DNA of 37,753 nucleotides, taken from positions 1-37,753 of the forward strand of contig JAAYLJ010000014.1 in assembly GCA_012521935.1 (NCBI GenBank), written 5' to 3'. The notes below the pieces were generated by a model. It was not told the DNA's origin. It worked only from the letters and a program-made list of their open reading frames with translations, and made no database searches. Both the position numbers and the translations under genes were made by a program. Of the stretch, positions 35,678 to 37,753 are shown piece by piece. How positions within the stretch are numbered: position 1 is the stretch's first letter; each line of letters begins with the position of its first letter. The stretch comes from Campylobacteraceae bacterium (GTDB lineage: Bacteria; Campylobacterota; Campylobacteria; Campylobacterales; Campylobacteraceae).

Positions 35678-36214
35678 TTAATCCTCTAAAGAATATATAT
35701 TTATATTTTTATTTGTATATATACATAGTTCTGCGGCAATGTTTAAACTCTCTTTGACTATCTCTTGTGGTGAAAGATTTGAGTGTTTATCTAACGCTCT
35801 TGCTGCGCTTAATGCAAAGTTTCCACCACTTCCAATAGATGCAATCTTACCATCTTCTGGCTCAACCACATCCCCATTTCCACTTAAAATAAATAGATTT
35901 TTCCTATCAAGCACCAACATCATCGCTTCAAGTCTTCTTAAGTATTTATCTTTTCTCCATGCTTTTGAAAAATCAATCGCTGCTTTTAGCAAATCACCTT
36001 TTCTTTGCTCTAAAAAACCTTCAAACATATCAAATAGATTAAAAGCATCTGCTGTACTTCCAGCAAAACCAGCTAAAATCTTCCCTTGATAAAGCTTTCT
36101 TATCTTAATGGCATTTGATTTTAATACAGCATTTCCAAAAGTCACCTGCCCATCACCGCCTATGACGGACTCTTTTTTACCTTTATAGGCTAAAATTGTA
36201 GTTGCTTCAAACAA
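35678..36214 (-). CDS. hslV: ATP-dependent protease subunit HslV
   Basis: N-terminal TTILAYKG (catalytic Thr after Met removal) and [14 protein letters not shown]. 178 aa. Confidence 0.95.
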   Translation of the reverse strand: MFEATTILAYKGKKESVIGGDGQVTFGNAVLKSNAIKIRKLYQGKILAGFAGSTADAFNLFDMFEGFLEQRKGDLLKAAIDFSKAWRKDKYLRRLEAMMLVLDRKNLFILSGNGDVVEPEDGKIASIGSGGNFALSAARALDKHSNLSPQEIVKESLNIAAELCIYTNKNINIYSLED

Positions 36215-36216
36215 AA

Positions 36217-36663
36217 CTACTCTCCTATTACTTCTAGTGATAGTTTAGCAACTATCCCGTGTCCTAATTTTATACCAATATCATATCCACCAATAGTTTT
36301 AATGGGTTTATCAACCTCAACTGTCTTTTTATCAACCTCAAATCCATGTTCTTCATTTAAACTATTTGCAATCTCATCTTTAGTAACAGCTCCAAAAAGA
36401 CTTCCATTAGCACCAAGCGGCCTAGCAATGGTTAGTTTAACTTTTTCTATCTTCTCTTTTAAAGCTTTTAACTCTTCAATTTTTGCTGCTTCTTCCTCAG
36501 CTTCTCTTTTTTTCTTTGCTTCAAACTGTCTAATCACCTCTGGTGTAGCTAGCTTTGCAAAACCTTTTGCTATTAAAAAGTTTTGTCCATATCCATCTTT
36601 AACCTCTTTGATTTCACCAGCTTTTCCTAAACTTTTAACATCTTTTATAAGTAAAACTTTCAT
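36217..36663 (-). CDS. rplI: 50S ribosomal protein L9
   Basis: [32 protein letters not shown]-terminus. 148 aa. 1-nt TAATG overlap with argG. Confidence 0.95.
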   Translation of the reverse strand: MKVLLIKDVKSLGKAGEIKEVKDGYGQNFLIAKGFAKLATPEVIRQFEAKKKREAEEEAAKIEELKALKEKIEKVKLTIARPLGANGSLFGAVTKDEIANSLNEEHGFEVDKKTVEVDKPIKTIGGYDIGIKLGHGIVAKLSLEVIGE

Positions 36664-37753
36664 TATTTTCCTTTTCTGTTTTTTCTTGCTCTTCCAGCTA
36701 TTATGAGTCTTAGGGCATTTAGTTTAATAAAACCGCCCGCATCTTTTTGATCATAAACCTCATCTTCTTCAAAAGTTGAAAACTCTGCATCAAATAGATT
36801 ATCTGTTTTTGACTCTCTTCCTAAAACAATCACATTTCCCTTGTAAAGTTTTAATCTAACAGTTCCATTTACATGCTCTTGCGACTTATCAATGGCTGCT
36901 TGAAGCATTTCGCGCTCTGGCGCGAACCAAAAACCATTATAGATAAGTTTTGCATATTTTGGCATGAGTTCATCTTTTAAATGAGTAGATTCTCTATCTA
37001 GCGTGATGCTTTCAATCGCTCTATGAGCTTTTAGCATGATAGTTCCGCCAGGAGTTTCATAGCAGCCTCTGCTTTTCATGCCAACAAATCTATTTTCAAC
37101 TATACCAACCCTTCCAATCCCATGTTTTGAGCCCAAATCATTCAATGTTTTTAACATAGTTGCAGGCGAGAGCCTCTTTCCATTTAATGAGACTGGATCG
37201 CCTTTTTCATAACCAATCTCTATGATTTCAGCCTTATTAGGAGCATTTTCTGGACTATTGCTCCATCTCCACATATCATCTTCTGGCTCTTTATTTGGAT
37301 CTTCTAAAACTAACCCCTCATATGAGATATGAAGCAAGTTTGCATCCATAGAATAGGGCGATTTATTTGGTTTAGAGTCAATTTTAATATTGTGTTTTTT
37401 AGCATAATCTAATAGTTTTTCGCGAGAATTTAAATCCCACTCTCTCCAAGGTGCAATGATTTTAAGATCTGGATTAATTCCTAAATATCCAAGTTCAAAA
37501 CGAACTTGATCATTTCCTTTTCCAGTTGCCCCATGACTAACAGCGTCTGCCCCAGTAAGTGCAGCAATCTGGGCTTGTCTTTTAGCTATAAGAGGTCTAG
37601 CTATGGAAGTTCCAAGAAGATACTCCCCCTCATAGATTGCATTTGCTCTAAACATTGGAAATACATACTCTTTTACAAACTCTTCTTTTAAATCTTCAAT
37701 GAATATATTTTCTGGCTTTATGCCAAGCTCTATTGCCTTTTGTTTTGCACTCT
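36663..37753 (-). CDS. argG: Argininosuccinate synthase (N-terminal end outside window)
   Basis: The frame stays open to the window edge (reverse translation of 37656-37753 gives ...[32 protein letters not shown] before [10 protein letters not shown]). [13 protein letters not shown] and RGCYETPGG motifs. Confidence 0.93.
   Translation of the reverse strand, partial: SAKQKAIELGIKPENIFIEDLKEEFVKEYVFPMFRANAIYEGEYLLGTSIARPLIAKRQAQIAALTGADAVSHGATGKGNDQVRFELGYLGINPDLKIIAPWREWDLNSREKLLDYAKKHNIKIDSKPNKSPYSMDANLLHISYEGLVLEDPNKEPEDDMWRWSNSPENAPNKAEIIEIGYEKGDPVSLNGKRLSPATMLKTLNDLGSKHGIGRVGIVENRFVGMKSRGCYETPGGTIMLKAHRAIESITLDRESTHLKDELMPKYAKLIYNGFWFAPEREMLQAAIDKSQEHVNGTVRLKLYKGNVIVLGRESKTDNLFDAEFSTFEEDEVYDQKDAGGFIKLNALRLIIAGRARKNRKGK

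Noticed and set aside
35739-36089. 116-aa plus-strand ORF antisense to hslV.
   Set aside because: It is a shadow ORF inside a highly conserved gene, with low-complexity Ser/Leu/Phe/Lys-rich composition and no independent support.
36302-36706. 134-aa plus-strand ORF antisense to rplI and the end of argG.
   Set aside because: It lies entirely within well-supported minus-strand genes. Its translation is low-complexity (S/F/L/K-rich), typical of shadow ORFs opposite AT-rich coding sequence. It has no Shine-Dalgarno and no family resemblance.
1-37753. Whole-window scan for CRISPR arrays, tRNA/rRNA genes, IS elements, integrases, prophage or defence-island signatures, and long direct or inverted repeats.
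   Set aside because: None were seen. The largest non-coding gaps (11201-11278, 14049-14175, 23388-23565) are short and AT-rich, and are explained as promoter or junction regions. All flanking genes are core housekeeping genes, so there is no evidence that the T2SS/T4P-like operon is a recently acquired island. Repeat detection by eye is limited, so a computational self-dot-plot would be needed to exclude short dispersed repeats.

Overview
AT-rich, almost gap-free chromosomal core segment whose gene content and local gene order look like Campylobacterota (Campylobacter/Helicobacter type): sucC'-sucD-oorDABC; a long minus-strand run murJ-cysS / pyrD-M16 peptidase-dapA-FabL-like reductase-pgsA-rseP-yggS-marC family; DUF342(FapA-like)-ruvA-ddl-small Phd-like ORF-alpha/beta hydrolase-murF; pta-ackA divergent from a sigma54-driven flgH; then era-hslU-hslV-rplI-argG' on the minus strand. 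I call about 40 CDS. I saw no rRNA or tRNA genes, CRISPR array, transposase/integrase or long repeats; the intergenic gaps are too short to hold them. The most interesting part is a 9.2 kb, nine-gene minus-strand operon (24276-33445) with no intergenic gaps. It reads as a pilM/N-pilO-pilP-pilQ-type alignment/secretin module fused directly to a Cts-type (C. jejuni transformation system, T2SS/T4P-related) module: an ExeA-like AAA ATPase, a bitopic TPR protein, an unassignable exported protein, a GspE/PilB ATPase and a GspF/PilC platform. The core parts belong to known families. The possible novelty is in the four or five unassigned accessory components and in the contiguous architecture, which lacks pilins, a prepilin peptidase and a retraction ATPase. 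Secondary points are an orphan Phd/YefM-like ORF with an upstream palindrome inside the ddl-murF cell-wall cluster, a MurF whose canonical N-terminal domain is replaced by a polytopic membrane domain, and a textbook sigma54 promoter upstream of flgH. All functional calls come from motifs and topology read by eye, with no database search.
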